A DNA stretch of 64,000 nucleotides, taken from contig CAJINV010000006.1 in assembly GCA_905178155.1 (NCBI GenBank), forward strand, positions 564,398 through 628,397, written 5' to 3'. Each line of letters begins with the position of its first letter. Within the stretch, counting starts at the first letter, position 1. A model generated the notes under the pieces. It was not told the origin of the DNA, ran no database searches, and worked only from the letters and a program-made list of their open reading frames with translations. Below, piece by piece: positions 1 through 11,899 of the stretch. A program made the translations under genes and the position numbers. Source of the DNA: Amoebophrya sp. A120 (taxonomy: Eukaryota > Protista > Dinoflagellata).

Positions 1-38
1 CGTCTTGATATGGGGAGGGGGGATTTTTCCTTTTGATA
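1..38. mobile_element. Introner family B, right end only
   Basis: GATATGGGGAGGGGGGATTTTTCCTTTTGATA terminal repeat. Confidence 0.8.
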
Positions 39-3000
39 CCCGCGCATTCTTTCCCGCCGGGCGCGCACCCCGCGGAGGGCGCCTTGCCGGCATTGCAGTT
101 TTCTTGGTTACACCCCTCGGTCGAAAAACATTTCCCGTCGGCGTTCACGTACCCCCGCTGCGCACAGGTGCCCTCGTAGGCCGGGTGCATGTGCAGGGCG
201 AACATCCGAAACCGCCCGTGGTCCTGCGGGGGGGTCCAGGCGTAGGACCCCGACTCGCGGTGAAACGCGTCAATAACGGAATTGTGCGCCCACTGCGGGT
301 GTGTATCCAAAACCGCGTTCGCGGCGCGCTTGGTCACCGGGAAGCGCACAGACTGCGCGCATCAAAGTGAAAAAAGCCCCCACAACATACGCAAAAGGCG
401 ATTTGTGTTGCTGGATTTGTGTACACAAATGAGCTTTGTATTGCAGCGAGAGTTTGTCGGCATATTCTAAGCCCATTTAGATACGCATCCGGCTAGCAGC
501 TGCGCATGAGAAACAAGGCTGAGATAGGCGAAAACGCATGACAGGCTGGCTGCACAATGCGCCACATGGGTGCCGTTTGCCTTGTACGCAAGACAGACCT
601 GATTTGTGGTCGCAAATCAGCATCACAAATTTCCTTTTCGATATGAGGAGGGGGGATTTTTTCCTCGCAATAGCGCGAGGGGGTGATGCGCCTCGTCTAT
701 GGATGTGTCAGAGTTGAAATCGACAAAGTTGAAATAATTTCCCATGCATAAATTGCAAGGCATGAACTGCCTCTCTTGCAGGGACGGCAAGTGATGCCGA
801 CTGTCAGCCTGTTTGGGGTCTGCGATAGAGCTACTAAAGTAGCACTACAGAAGACGCCTTCTGGGGCCCCTAAACAGCATGACAAACTGGATTTGGACGG
901 TGCCAAAATTTGTCATGCGCCGCTTAGAAATTGGGCTTCCACCTGGTATCGATTTTATGCATTACAAATTATTTCAACTTTGTCGATTTCAACTCTGACA
1001 CATCCATATCGTCGGATATTGGTGTAAAGTCCGCGGTCGTGAGCATTACCCGAATGTACTGTAGTTGTGCCATGGCCCGACCCACCCCGCTATCAGATGT
1101 AAAAGTGTCTGGGTCTGGAAGAATGCATGTTTGTCATGCTTGTCTGGGATGATTCTTAAATCTGTCATGCACGTTACCCAAGAGCCCAATTGTTCTGTCA
1201 TGCAGAAACGCAGTTTGTCATGCAGAATAGGCAACACCTAGAAGCTCAGAAAGTTGTCATGCTGAGCCAGCACTTGTGGCGTCCTCCTGATACGCCACTC
1301 AGCATCACAAGTTCCCAGACCCAGACATTTTTGCATTTGATACCCGCACCAGCGGTGGGCGTCTCTGTGCGGGAACAGGTAGGGGTAGCGGTTCTGGTAG
1401 TCGTGGTTGCCCAGCATGGGCAGCACGTACCAATCCTCCTTCGGATCGTCAAATTGATGCAGAAACTTTTCGAAATACTCTTCCAACTGGCTCATAATGC
1501 CCAGATGCGTCAAGTCTCCCACGACAATGACGTCCTGACGAGGATGTGCAACCATTGAAGCCGAGGACCCAGCAGGACTTGCCCCCGAGGATTCAGGGAG
1601 CTGAACAATTGTGGTAGTAGTTGTTGTAGTCCCAGCAGATGACTGGTCTTGTGCCTCCACTAGCCTCATCGCGTCCGCGTGCCACGTGCAACTCCCCCGG
1701 TCCGCCTTGCAGGCCTTCACGCCCGCGTCGAGGGCGGCGGGTATGGTTGTGGTATCATGGGGAAACGACTGTTTCTCCCCGTTTTCGGTCCTCTTTCGCG
1801 TTGCGGACTCGGATTCGGGGGGGTCCAGCTCGAACCATTTGTCAAAGTGGCTTGTGTAACCCAGTATGCATTGCAAATATCCCTGGATGTCTGGAAGGTG
1901 GCAACTTGTGATCCTGTCTGTGGATTCTAAAAAAATTTGTCCTGCATGAGGAGGAAGACGAGTCCAGCTTTTGCTACGCGGAGAGGGCATTATTTCTCAT
2001 GCGGGTTAGGCATCAAGAAGGACTCAGAAAATCTGTGATGCTAGAGCATAATACATCAAACAGACATCATGGATTATGATGCAAAATGTGCATGACAAAC
2101 TTGGGCTCTTCCAGACCCAGACATATTTGCACTGGATACCCAGCTGGGGATCCCCGATGACGAAGAGATCGTAGGAGGAAGTGGTCCTCAACATCGATAT
2201 CATATGTAAAAACGTCCCCATCCCAGAGTTGTCAATGCAAATGCGCAATGACAGGAACATTTGTAATGCGCATCTCCATGAGACGCATTTCCAGTCGTGT
2301 TTTGGCATTTGTAATGCTGTAAACAGGATGAGAAAGTGGCTTTCTCATGCGGCCTTCCTTTCTAGCCAGCACTACACTGCAGATCGAAACTTGTCATGCA
2401 GAACTCCCAAAACTTGGGGACTTGCGTTGCAGACTTTCCATCTTGACTATGGTGTGGGGACGTTTTTACATAGGATAATCGAGTGCTGGCCATTATTATA
2501 CTCGAGGTCCGTGTAGTCGTAGGACGTAATCTCATCATCTCCGGAAAAATTATCCCCCATCGCCTCCCTCACATCGTCACTGTAGCCTATTTCCTTCTCC
2601 GAAGTGGTGCACTCCGAGGCGATGCCCATTTCATCACGAAAGTACCCGTCCCCTGTGCAGTATCGGACAAACGTGAACGCCCTGTCCAGCACCGCCTGGT
2701 CCCTACTCCAATCGCCGTCTTGCTCGCCAATGCACCAGCACTCGGTGTGTGCCAGCCCAGCAATCCACCGACCAGTATCCCACAGAAAAAGACCGACAGG
2801 TCATATTTGTAATGCAAAAATAAATACACAGGAAAATCTGTCATGGGCGAGGCCATAACATCCTGTTTAGGGCATGCAATACAGATTTTTTTGTCTATTT
2901 ATTTTTGCATTACAAATATGACCTGTCGGTCTTTTTCTGGGGGATAACCAGCTTCGTTTGCACACACCGGCGCGCCGCTAGAAGAAGTTGCAGTACTTCT

Positions 3001-3915
3001 TCTTTTACCCTGCGTGCTGGTGGCGGCCGTGGCGGTGGCCGCAGCTACTGTCTGCTGCAACAAAGCTGCTTTTGCCTCCTGGTCGCGGTGGACGTCGAGA
3101 GGATCGCTTTGCTGGTCGGTTAAAGTTGCAGCCACCTCAGCCAGTTCCTGCTCCGATGTTGGTGTTGCACTGGCCCTCGTTCTTTCCCACTTTTCCTTCG
3201 TCCGCCCTGGCATCAAGGAGGCACTGGACGTGGAGGCCGAAGAACCTCGCCCTGCGAGGAAAGTAGAAGATGTAGAACCTGCAAAAATTTTTGCGCCACC
3301 ACCTCTACCAGCCTTAGAAGTTGTGCTGGTTTTCATTTTATTGTTGCTCTGGTCGGCCTCGCCGCTGCGAATCATGTTGTTCACCGCCTGTTTCACTTTC
3401 GTATTCATCGTCTTGGTAGAAGTAGTAGTTCTCCATTTTTTCTCAAGCAAAACCTTTCCAAACGCAGCTCCTGTAGTTCCCGAAGAGGTCAATTTTGCAG
3501 ACCTTTTTGCACCAGCAGCTCCACCTTGTACTACGTGGCTCGACGCACGAAGGAGCTTCACGGTCTTTCTCGAAGATGACAAGGGTGAAAACCGAAAGGC
3601 GTCCGCTGGCAAGAAAATGTGAAGCTGGTAGTGTTGTTGTTTTGTTTGGTGGGGAAGAAGACCTCCATGCCGGTCCTGTTGTAGTACCCACTCCGGAAGA
3701 AGACCGAAGGTGTAGTTGTTGCCTTCATCCAGCGCATTAAGAACCACATCAGCCACAAAGAGAATAGATAAAACCAATGCTTTCAGTAGCAGCTTGTGCT
3801 TGTTGTTGAGTACTAGTGACATTAATTTCCGGGGGAAGTAGTTCATCTTGTGGGGAGTTCCAAAGCCAAACCGGAAGCAGGAGCACGGTGTTGAAGTTGT
3901 AAAACTGATTCTCAT
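1..3915 (-). CDS. Calcineurin-like metallophosphoesterase with N-terminal hydrophobic segment; multi-exon, 3' end runs off the window
   Basis: Removing introners joins exons carrying LFVIGDPQLG, VIVVGDLTHLG and LPMLGNHDY (metallophosphoesterase motifs I-III). Frame stays open to position 39. Start codon uncertain (3915 or 3847). Confidence 0.75.
360..672. mobile_element. Introner family B
   Basis: B-type TIRs (left end CAT instead of TAT); flanks gcgcg/gcgcg. Confidence 0.85.
698..1008. mobile_element. Introner family D
   Basis: ~43-bp TIR TATGGATGTGTCAGAGTTGAAATCGACAAAGTTGAAATAATTT; flanks tcgtc/tcgtc. Confidence 0.9.
1091..1342. mobile_element. Introner family A
   Basis: TIR TATC..ATG.AAAA.TGTCTGGGTCTGG; flanks cccgc/cccgc. 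Confidence 0.9.
1865..2138. mobile_element. Introner family A
   Basis: A-type TIRs; flanks cccag/cccag. Confidence 0.9.
2198..2477. mobile_element. Introner family C
   Basis: TIR TATC.T..GTAAAAACGTCCCCA; flanks atcga/atcga. Confidence 0.9.
2776..2946. mobile_element. Introner family F
   Basis: ~50-bp TIR TATCCC.CAGAAAAAGACCGACAGGTCATATTTGTAATGCAAAAATAAATA; flanks accag/accag. Confidence 0.9.
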
Positions 3916-4360
3916 CTTACCAGAACGGCTGCAGCGCGAAGATGAATTAAGAACTAGGAAAGCACTAAAAACCTAAAACTACGTCAGTATGGCTATAAAT
4001 ATTTATCTCAATAGCATCCAGATTGTGTGAAGGGAAACAAAATCTAACTTGTTTGATGTGCGTTTCGGTTTTTTAAGCCTTAGTGACATACATATACTAG
4101 GTTGTAAGCATATTATTCGAGGCGGGCCCTGGTGAAGTTGTCGTAGAAGATGTGTAACTACCTCCCTGCTGATGTTTCTTTCCAAAACGACGACGGACAC
4201 AAGCACAACTAGAGCTGAACTGCGAAAGAACGCTATTACTTAAGATAGCATTTTTAGAAACAGACGACGTGTGTGGGACGAAGTTTCACTTACGAGTTTG
4301 TTCAGAACGATAAAGACATGAGTTCGACGCGTTGCACGATTTTTTATTTGACGAGGAGCG

Positions 4361-4408
4361 AGCTGTGTACCACGATATGGAGCTGTGTACCACGATATGG
4401 AGCTGTGT
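4361..4408. repeat. Short tandem repeat, 20-bp unit x2.4
   Basis: AGCTGTGTACCACGATATGG repeated. Confidence 0.8.
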
Positions 4409-5424
4409 AGTTTGTTAGTGTACGATCTGGGTCTGGAACAGCGCCGGTTTGTCATGTTTGTCTCGCAGGAGTCTTACCTCTGTGAGGATGAATGAGCAGG
4501 AAATAAAGAGCCTGTACTTAGTTGCCTGTTCTTTCTTTTTCAGGTAGTAGACACGCGGTAACTGCTTGATCCAAACTTGGCAGTCCACTTGTTGTGAGAA
4601 CCTTCCAGAGGCGGCGCAGCACCTCCCCGCGGGGTCACTGATCAACGCGAGGTAGTTGTGTGCCGATTTGTTGTTGACCAGTTTAAAACACACTTTCATC
4701 TGCCATCCAGTGACCCACACGAGAAACTACTGCGCTCCATTTGCAAATGTAAAACGTCAAGTGCCGCCGTCAATACAGAGAGCGGACAGCTGCACTGGTA
4801 CAATCTTGCAGGCTTCTTGCGTGGTGCCCCCTTAGTCTATCTCGCGGAATAATATTGATCCAAAAAGAGGAAAAAAAAGCAGTATAGAACCGGATACAGA
4901 AACAACCACTATCGATGATCGAATGTTCGTCCTGCAATAGCATAAGTGGCTGAAAACATCAGAAACTACTGACATCAAAACCTTTAGGAGCTTAAGCCGA
5001 ACAAAATCTCATACCTGGGAGTTCTTGTTCTTTCAAAAAGAGAAAAACTTACTTCGCGTCAAAAATACAATACAGCAGCAGATTTGCAAGCTGCTGTAAT
5101 TTTTAGAATCGGATAAGTAGAAAATCACACGAAATACATGCATGCGGTGGTAGGTACACTCTTACTCATGGTGGTCCTGCTGCCCGTCAGTTGCATCCGG
5201 AGCGAATTTTTATCGTACGGAAATTCATTTCTTGCCCCCAACTGGAAGTAGAACCTGGTCGACCCACGTCACTTGGCTTAGTGTTGGTGGAAAGTTGTAT
5301 TTGTAAGTAGTTCATGCATATTGGATACTTCCACACACTGATTTCGATTTCTTTACAAACCGCCCGTAGTTCAAGTGCTTCTCACGAACTCGCGGTTCCT
5401 TTTGAAGCAATGCGACTACATGCA

Positions 5425-6625
5425 TCAGAAGTTAGTAGTATTACGAAGAGGCCGCGCAGGACGTATTAGTATAAACCAGATTCCTCTTCCATCTGGGGCG
5501 ATTATTCCGAATTTCAATTTGCATAATTTCTCGTAGTTTTCCAGGAAATTCTCCACCCATTTGCCGAAATCTGAGTTTGGAATTCATTTTTTGTCATGCT
5601 GAAATCATAATGCAGAATTTTTTGTCATGCGAAAACAGCCAACTGGAACACGACGGAAAAGAAAAAGCAAAAGCTATAGAAGTCAGTACCATCCCGCGTG
5701 ATCTTGTTGTTCAGGGCAACCACGTCTCCATTCTTGTAGGCGGTAATCAGGTCCATATCTTCAATCAGGTCAAACTATGAATTGCAAAAGTATCGCACTC
5801 GACTCGTATAAATGCATTACAAATTTCCTCAGCATGAGAAATAAAATTTGTAATGCTAATTTGCCCTAAGAACAGGATTTGTAATGCATGATTTCAATAC
5901 GAGTACGATACTTTTGCACAGGATACAAACGTAATGCCCTTGGTCGCCAGGCCGTTCTTCGAAAACATGCGGGCAAGCTGTTTGGATAGATGCATTACAA
6001 ATTTTCCCAGCATGAGAAATACAATCTGTAATGCGGATTTACCTTAAGAAAAATATTTGTAATGCAAGATACAATTAAGTACCTGACTCGCAGCTCGCTT
6101 CTCCAAGTACGCCTTTTCCAGTTCGGAGTACACAATGAAGCCGTCGCCGTTGTGTATGACAGTGCACAACCCCCCTCCGCCTCATTTGTCATGCAAGAAT
6201 CGAAATCAAGTTGCTGCCTTGCGGCACTGTTTGCATGACAAATTGTGGAATATTAGCCCAAACAGTACTACAGTTCCAACGCAGGAACTTGTCATGCACA
6301 GGCTCCATGGCTGCTGGTGTTTGTATTGCTATTCATGCCATGTCCAAATGTATGAGGGGGCGGAGGGGGAGTTCTTGTGCACGGTCATATTGTCGTCAAA
6401 AAACTCAAAGGCTTCGTCCGCAAATTTCTGCACGCCCGCCGCATTCGCCCCGCTAGAAAAGCACCGTGCGATCTGGGCGTTCTGCAGGAAAAACGGCTTT
6501 TGGGTCTGCGCGATAGCAGACAGGTTCGAAGCGGCGGGCGCGGTGGTGTGGGTCACCAATTTTCGGGACGCAGTTGCTGCCGCCCCCCGGTTGAGGAGGA
6601 GTCTCGTCGCGCCGAGCATGGACAT
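5425..6625 (-). CDS. EF-hand protein with mitochondrial-presequence-like N-terminus
   Basis: Spliced product reads AFEFFDDNGDGFIVYSELEKAY (canonical EF loop). Arg/Ala/Ser-rich leader ends ...ARCFSS. Two introners and two GT-AG introns. Confidence 0.7.
5776..5925. mobile_element. Introner family E
   Basis: TIR TAT....TGCAAAAGTATCG.ACTCG; flanks caaac/caaac. Confidence 0.9.
5978..6082 (-). other. GT-AG intron derived from a family E introner
   Basis: GTAC...ACAG ends; interior matches the core of the adjacent E element but TIRs are lost. Confidence 0.75.
6155..6389. mobile_element. Introner family G
   Basis: TIR TATGAC.GTGCACAA..CCCCCTCCGCC; flanks ttgtg/ttgtc. Confidence 0.85.
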
Positions 6626-7540
6626 ACTTTCAAAACTTCCTGTCGTGAAAAAAAAAACGCTATTTGGTTACACAGGTAAAGAAGTCGGGGCGGTGCTGTG
6701 TATACTTAAGTTAGTTCAGATGAAACTTCTTCGATCGATCCAGTGTACAACTAGCTGGGGCTTAATTATAAAACGGCTTGATGTTCTATCAGAACTGTCG
6801 TCCAGCCAGGTTGTCGCTTCTGTTCTAAGTACCTCGGGGGAAAAGGGGAGTGCTGGAGGTCCTCCTGTTTTATTGTTTGGGAGCGGTTAAGGATGTGTGA
6901 AATAAAAGCGAGGTGGCCCTGTGGCTGTGCCATCTTCTCTCTACAAAGTGAAATTTACTACTATACCACGACAAAAATAAAGAACACCGATAGAGCGCTA
7001 GGCTTTCTGCACTCATAGTTCTCGTGCGACGTGAGGAAAATGAATTTGATACGACAAAAGCAAAACGTAAACGAAGGACCGAGTCTTCTACTTCACATAA
7101 TCACGAAAAAAAACGACCGAGGATTCCATTTCCCACGCTCTTCAGAATGATGATGTAGGACTGCTCAAAGTCAATAAACCGATCAAGAACTAGTTCTTCG
7201 CTAGTACAAATAAACCGACGGCACAACTTCCGACTCGGCGGATAGTCTTTGTAGTTATGACGAAAAGGCCACTTGATAGATAATTTAGGGCTGCAAGAAA
7301 ACACAAGTATACTCGACAAATGCATTATACGGCTGCAGGCGATAACTTTTCCACCAGCCTCATCGATTTAATGATTTTTTATTTTTGGCTCTAGATTTCT
7401 TGAAAAATAGAGCAGGATGCATCCATGTGAAGACATTCGTATGTCGTCTTTTTTCGCGCACGAGGTCCGTTCGTCCTCGCGCGCTGCTTTTTTGATTTTG
7501 CACAACAAAAACAGCGCACCTCAAATTATCCTATCTCCAC

Positions 7541-10445
7541 TTAGCGTCGCTTGTAAATGCAGGCTTTCGGTGCGGTCCAACCAGCATTTTTGTCCCCACT
7601 GCCTTTCCCGACGGCGCGCTTCCCCTTGTTTCCCTGGTCGGAGCTCTTGCCGCCTTTACTTTTGTTCTTCCCACCCTTTCCTTTACCTTTCCCCTTCTTG
7701 CCTCCGCCGCCCTGTGGTTTGTTTTGCCCTTTAATATGATTCTTGCCTTTGCCTTTGCTGTTACCCTTCGTCTTCCAGGGAACATCAGTAGATCCAGATT
7801 CAGCACAAGCTCCGTCCTTTTGCTTTTCCCCAGTTGTACTACTAGTAGCTGCCGTTTCCTTACTCCCTGCAAGAAACAGTCCCCACCGGTAGAAGCCCTT
7901 GATAAAAAAGTGCGTGTTTGAGTTCTCCTCAAACAACCGGCTCTGTTCCCGCTGTTTCATGCGCCAGCAGTTTCCGTTCTTTTCCACATCCGCGACAAAT
8001 TTCTCCACGCCGGACTCCTGAAACCGCGACTGCACCTCCGCGATGAGCAACAGACCGGTCTTTATGCAGTGCAAAAGCATCGTATTAGTATAAATTGCAT
8101 TACAAATTTCCTCAGCATGAGAAATGAAATTTGTAATGCGGATTTAACTTGAGAAATGAATTTGTAATGCATTAATGCAATTACTACGAGTACGATACTT
8201 TTGCACAGGATAGTCTTCGGCTTCAACAACCGACTCGCTTCCTTGATCGCGTTTAGACAGTCCGTGCCCATCAGCGCGAGGTATCAACTGTAAACATGTC
8301 ATCTGGGTTTGGAAACTTGTAATGCTGCGTTCGGAATAGTGAATGCCCTGTGATGCACAGCCAAGCATGAGAAATATTGTCGCGGCTTTCTTAGTATTGC
8401 GCTTTTCGCATGACAAATTGCGTTCTATTGCATGGCAGGCCAAAGGGTCTCTTCTTGGCCACGCATCACAAACTTTTCGGTTATGCCAGACAAGCATGAC
8501 AAACCTTAGTGCAACATCCTTCCAGACCCAGATCGATGTTTGCATTTGATACGAGGCACAAAATCACAACGTCCTGGGTACCGGTGGCGAGGGGCACGTG
8601 CTGGTTGATATTTGCGGCCTGGATCTTGATAGTGGTGGAATTGGTTTTGAGATTTTTACCATCACACGACGATGATCTCTCGATCTCCCTGCTGACCAAA
8701 TCAAAGTTGTGAACCTTGATCTGTTTCTTCGTGACGACCTGGCTTTTTCTGGTGGAGCCCTTCTGACCCGAAACCTGATCTACTTGTTCTGAACCACCAC
8801 CGGTTGTACCACCAGTACTCTGGATCGACACAAACCGGCCTTCCAACTGTCTGGCGATTTTCGCTTCGCCGCATCCCAAATCGGTAATGTTGAAGAAGGA
8901 TGAAGTAGTACTACTAGAAGGTAATGATGTCCCCTCCTGCTTATTTTTGCTAGTAGTGGTCTGACCCGCGGCCTCGTCGTCTGAGCCGCTATCGGCTGCT
9001 GACTTGGTTCCCTCCTTGTTCTTTTCTTTCTTGGAAAGCACTGCATCTTCGTCTGAACTAAGACCCTCTTCCTCCTCCTCCTCTGACATTTCATCGTCCA
9101 AATCTACATCCGAATCCCCGCCCAGGATTTCCGCGTCAGACTGAGAGAGTGCAGAATCTTCCTCTTCTAGCTCCTCTTCCTCTTCTGATTCAATCGACAT
9201 GTCGTCTCGGTCGTCGTAGGAAACTTGCTTCTTGCCCTGCACCCGTGCATGACGACCCTCATCGCTGTCATCATGCGCCACAACTCCACTAGTCCTCATA
9301 GTACCGTTTGAAGCAGTCGAGATCGAGAATTTCTTTTCCAAAAACTCAATCAACACGTCGACCGGGTTCGAGGGCCATTTCCGCACCTGCTCCGCAAACC
9401 CTGCGTGGTATTTTTCGAACAAGTGGGGCTGCGATTTCCACCACCGCAACGCGTTTTGCCCGGTGGAAGTGTAAAGCTGCTCGTTCAACTCCCGGAACCT
9501 GGCGGCCTGCAGTTTGGCGGAGAGTTGAGGCTGTGGCGCGGCTGGAGTTGATTCGCCGACGGAGGCATCTTCGTCTTGCTTTGAAATTTTATTTTTTCCT
9601 TTATTTTTGTTCTTCTTCGTCTTCCCCGCGGTCTCTCCTCCCGCCGAAGGTTGTTGATCACGCTGCTGTGTGCCGTTTTTATCACGACCTTCTGCACCGC
9701 CGCCTGCAGTGGAGGCTCCTGGGCCTCCCAAAGTAGTAGATATCGCTGGTTGGTCCGCGGCACCACTACCGGCTACGACCTCCGTCGGCTGCGCACCTCC
9801 ATTCTGCCTCGCTTTCAAGGATGCGAGTAAGCTGGACACCGCAGAAACCTTGGGTTCTTTCGGTTGGTCGACGATAACACTCGGTGCAACGCTCCTACTG
9901 GCAGTCGTGTTCGTAACTGGTGCTTTCGTCTTTTGCTTTTTCAAAGGCGGTTCGGGTGGTTTCTCTGTTGCGTTTTTCATCTTCGCTTGTTCCGCAATAT
10001 TTTCATTATGCTGGGTTCTCGCTGTTTGGTTCCCATCTTTTTTGTCTTTGTCCTCACCGGTCGTGGTCGCGTTCTTCCCGGCTTTGCGCTTCTTGGACTT
10101 CTTCATGGACGAGGGGAGCTTGGATGTTGACGCTGCCTCGGAAACAACAACTGAGGGCACCGTAACTGTTGCCGTTATCTTCACATCCTGCTTTTTACTC
10201 GGCGCTCGACCCACCGCTGCAACAGCAACGGTACTGTTGGTTTCAGTTGTACTGGAAACAGTACCCTGTCTCTTCTTCTTCTTCATCGCCTTCTTTTTTG
10301 TGCCTGGATTGTTGTCACCCGCACCAGGATCCTCCCCACCCCCAGGGAAACTGAACGCCTGGCGTGCTTGGTCTAAAGACGGAAGCTCTGCGAACAGAGT
10401 TCGCAACTCCGCTTGGAGGTCGGTCTCGCTCGTCTTGATGGGCAT
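7541..10445 (-). CDS. RRP8: Ribosomal RNA-processing protein 8 (LSU rRNA m1A methyltransferase / nucleomethylin)
   Basis: ARFRELNEQLYT, YHAGFAEQVRKWPSNPVD, DLGCGEAKIA, CLALMGTD, LLIAEVQSRF and C-terminal KACIYKRR; three exons. Confidence 0.93.
8063..8212. mobile_element. Introner family E
   Basis: E-type TIRs; flanks gtctt/gtctt. Confidence 0.9.
8282..8551. mobile_element. Introner family A
   Basis: A-type TIRs; flanks cgagg/cgagg; splits the CL|ALMGT motif. Confidence 0.9.
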
Positions 10446-11899
10446 GGTCTAAAATTTGCGGGCCGAGAAGGAACAGAAGTAATATCAACGAACTAAAAAC
10501 GCAGAAATGCTATATACCCACTTCTAGATGTCACGGACAACGTGCGTCCTAAACAAACAACCTGCGGTAAACCTACTCTATGCCCTCGCTGATCATGTAG
10601 TTGTCAACCGTCGAATTCATGCTTCTTTTGTCGCTGTGTCAAAAAAAATTTTCTTGCAAAGATGAACCCAGGGACCTTGTTTCCAACTGCAGCTACGTAG
10701 TAAAATTTTCTGATCCGGGAGTGAATCGCTTTATCTGCCCTTGCGCTTTTGCTTCGCTTTTTCGATCATAAACCATTCTGTTCTGTAGAGCTGCTGGACC
10801 CACTGCTGGATCCATGTTGAATGCGAGACTGCATAATTCATAAGGTTACAACTGATGGATCATTGTGTGATGTGAGATATCAACCACTTTGCTCCCGGCC
10901 TTGTAAGGTCGCTGCGGCAAATGATAGCAACTTTTTCATTCACGTCGCGGATCGTCCTGTATCCTTCAGAATTCCACTGTGGATCCGAGCGTTATTTCGC
11001 GTTGGATTCCACTTCGATAGCATTTTCAGAACCACACGAAAGAGCATTTCTGTGACCACTGTAGACATTTACTACGACCGACATCCTCCACATTCAGCAG
11101 TACATCACGGTGTAAAAGTACTTCAGGTAATTTCTAACTTACGTGCCCACTGTCGCTTGAGATCACCACTACAGAGCATCAAACATGACTGTTTCTCCCA
11201 CCTGCAGGGCGTCCTCACGAGGACCCTGTCTGATTTGTAAACGATACTTATTCATCATCCTACCGTCTCTCGTTGAGTTGTTGCCGTTCATTTTATTTTT
11301 TCATCCTCTTCAAGACCATTGCTCTGTGGCGCTGCATGGTGATTGTTCCGCCAATAATGGGTCCTCCAACAAGAGTTGTATTGTTGTGCAAAAATTCTCA
11401 GAGCATGAAGTTTCGCTATATAATCCTCTTCTCGACAGATCAAAAATTATCTAGACTTGATGTGCTGCTTTAGAAACATTTCCACAGCAGAGCTCCGGTA
11501 TTTTCTATTCGACAAAATATCTATTCAAGTGTGTGTGATTGTGTTCTAGTTTTCGATAAAATACAGTGTTTTCGACGATTAAAAAGTTATGTTCTAGTGT
11601 TCGATAAAATACAGTGTGCTAAAATACAAAATACAAGTGTGCTTGTGCTAAAATACAAAATACAAGGGAGAAAAACCGTGGTAAATCGCTCTGCTGTGGT
11701 TTTTATAGCGTTGTCAACAAACTAGAAAGTGCCACCGTCTAGGAAACTCAAGTGTGATTGTATCAGAAGGGGATTGTCGTGTGAAACTTAACAATAAATT
11801 CAGAAGCCACTACTTAAATATAAATTCTTCAATTTTACAAAAAAAACTCAACGGAGCACTGCACTAGACCACTTTCCAATCCAAGAAAGCTTTCCAGCT

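Noticed and set aside
1091-1342. Universal GT-AG splicing using one base from each TSD copy (net +3 nt)
   Set aside because: It is possible only when the TSD starts and ends with G, and it would add residues to invariant TrpRS motifs at other sites.
9670-10452. Long plus-strand ORFs (e.g. 9670-10452, 38548-39279, 6135-6890, 3014-3622)
   Set aside because: They are antisense shadows of low-complexity minus-strand exons.
11541-11668. Short intergenic duplications (TGTTCTAGT.TTCGATAAAATACAGTGT x2; GTGCTAAAATACAAAATACAAG x2) as a regulatory array
   Set aside because: Two copies each, consistent with ordinary slippage; no support for a function.
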